DNA from: an uncultured virus (IMG/VR IMGVR_UViG_2061766007_000502)
Taxonomy: Duplodnaviria > Heunggongvirae > Uroviricota > Caudoviricetes
Virus record (IMG/VR): IMGVR_UViG_2061766007_000502
DNA length: 20,000 nt
Reading direction: 5' to 3' (one strand)
The stretch's first letter is position 1, and each line of letters begins with the position of its first letter. A program made the position numbers and the translations under genes. The notes below the pieces were generated by a model. It was not told the origin of the DNA and did no database searches. It worked only from the letters and a program-made list of their open reading frames with translations. Below are positions 19,908 through 20,000 of the stretch, in pieces.

Positions 19908-20000
19908 ATGTGTTTGATAACAACCAACTGCAATACACTTGTTGCTGATAGTGATATAGTCTGTTATAAATTTGCCAGTGTGGATGATGACGGATGTTTA
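19908..20000 (+). CDS. 5' part of a small hypothetical phage protein (MCL...A..DI.CYK type)
   Basis: MCLITTNCNTLVADSDIVCYKFASVDDDGCL is open to the window edge. The N-terminal pattern is recalled from small proteins of Bacteroidota phages and was not checked against a database. Confidence 0.6.
   Translation, partial: MCLITTNCNTLVADSDIVCYKFASVDDDGCL

Noticed and set aside
1..20000. Suppressor tRNA, CRISPR array, DGR template repeat or mobile element
   Set aside because: All intergenic gaps are under 140 nt, with no cloverleaf or spaced direct repeats. I saw no adenine-variant repeat pair and no reverse transcriptase, transposase or homing endonuclease motifs. The recoding machinery must lie outside the window.

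Overview
This AT-rich window looks like part of a large (jumbo/mega-type) tailed phage genome, probably infecting Bacteroidota (inference), that reads TAG as a sense codon. The most likely assignment is Gln (genetic code 15, as established for Lak and some crAss-like phages). The fragmented ORF track is an artefact of standard-code translation. Reading through 45 in-frame TAGs collapses it into 9 tightly packed genes; the 7 whose 3' ends lie in the window stop at TAA or TGA. The genes are: a >780-aa coiled-coil protein with eleven 51-aa repeats; a 192-aa single-TM protein; a 406-aa Zn-finger protein; a TAG-free T4-type RNase H (5'-3' exonuclease); two giant paralogous putative virion/fibre proteins (1194 aa and about 2260 aa, the latter spanning an N gap) that share an N-terminal 'YCPT..I...FNG...LV.L.DIE' module; a gp53-like baseplate wedge protein; a 909-aa putative baseplate/tube-initiator protein; and the start of a small 'MCL...DI.CYK' protein. 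Two candidate promoter motifs separate the genes into two classes. GATAAATA (resembling the T4 late promoter) precedes TAG-containing genes, and AGTATAATYTTTAGA precedes TAG-free genes. This suggests the codon reassignment is coupled to transcriptional timing. No tRNA, CRISPR array or mobile element was seen.
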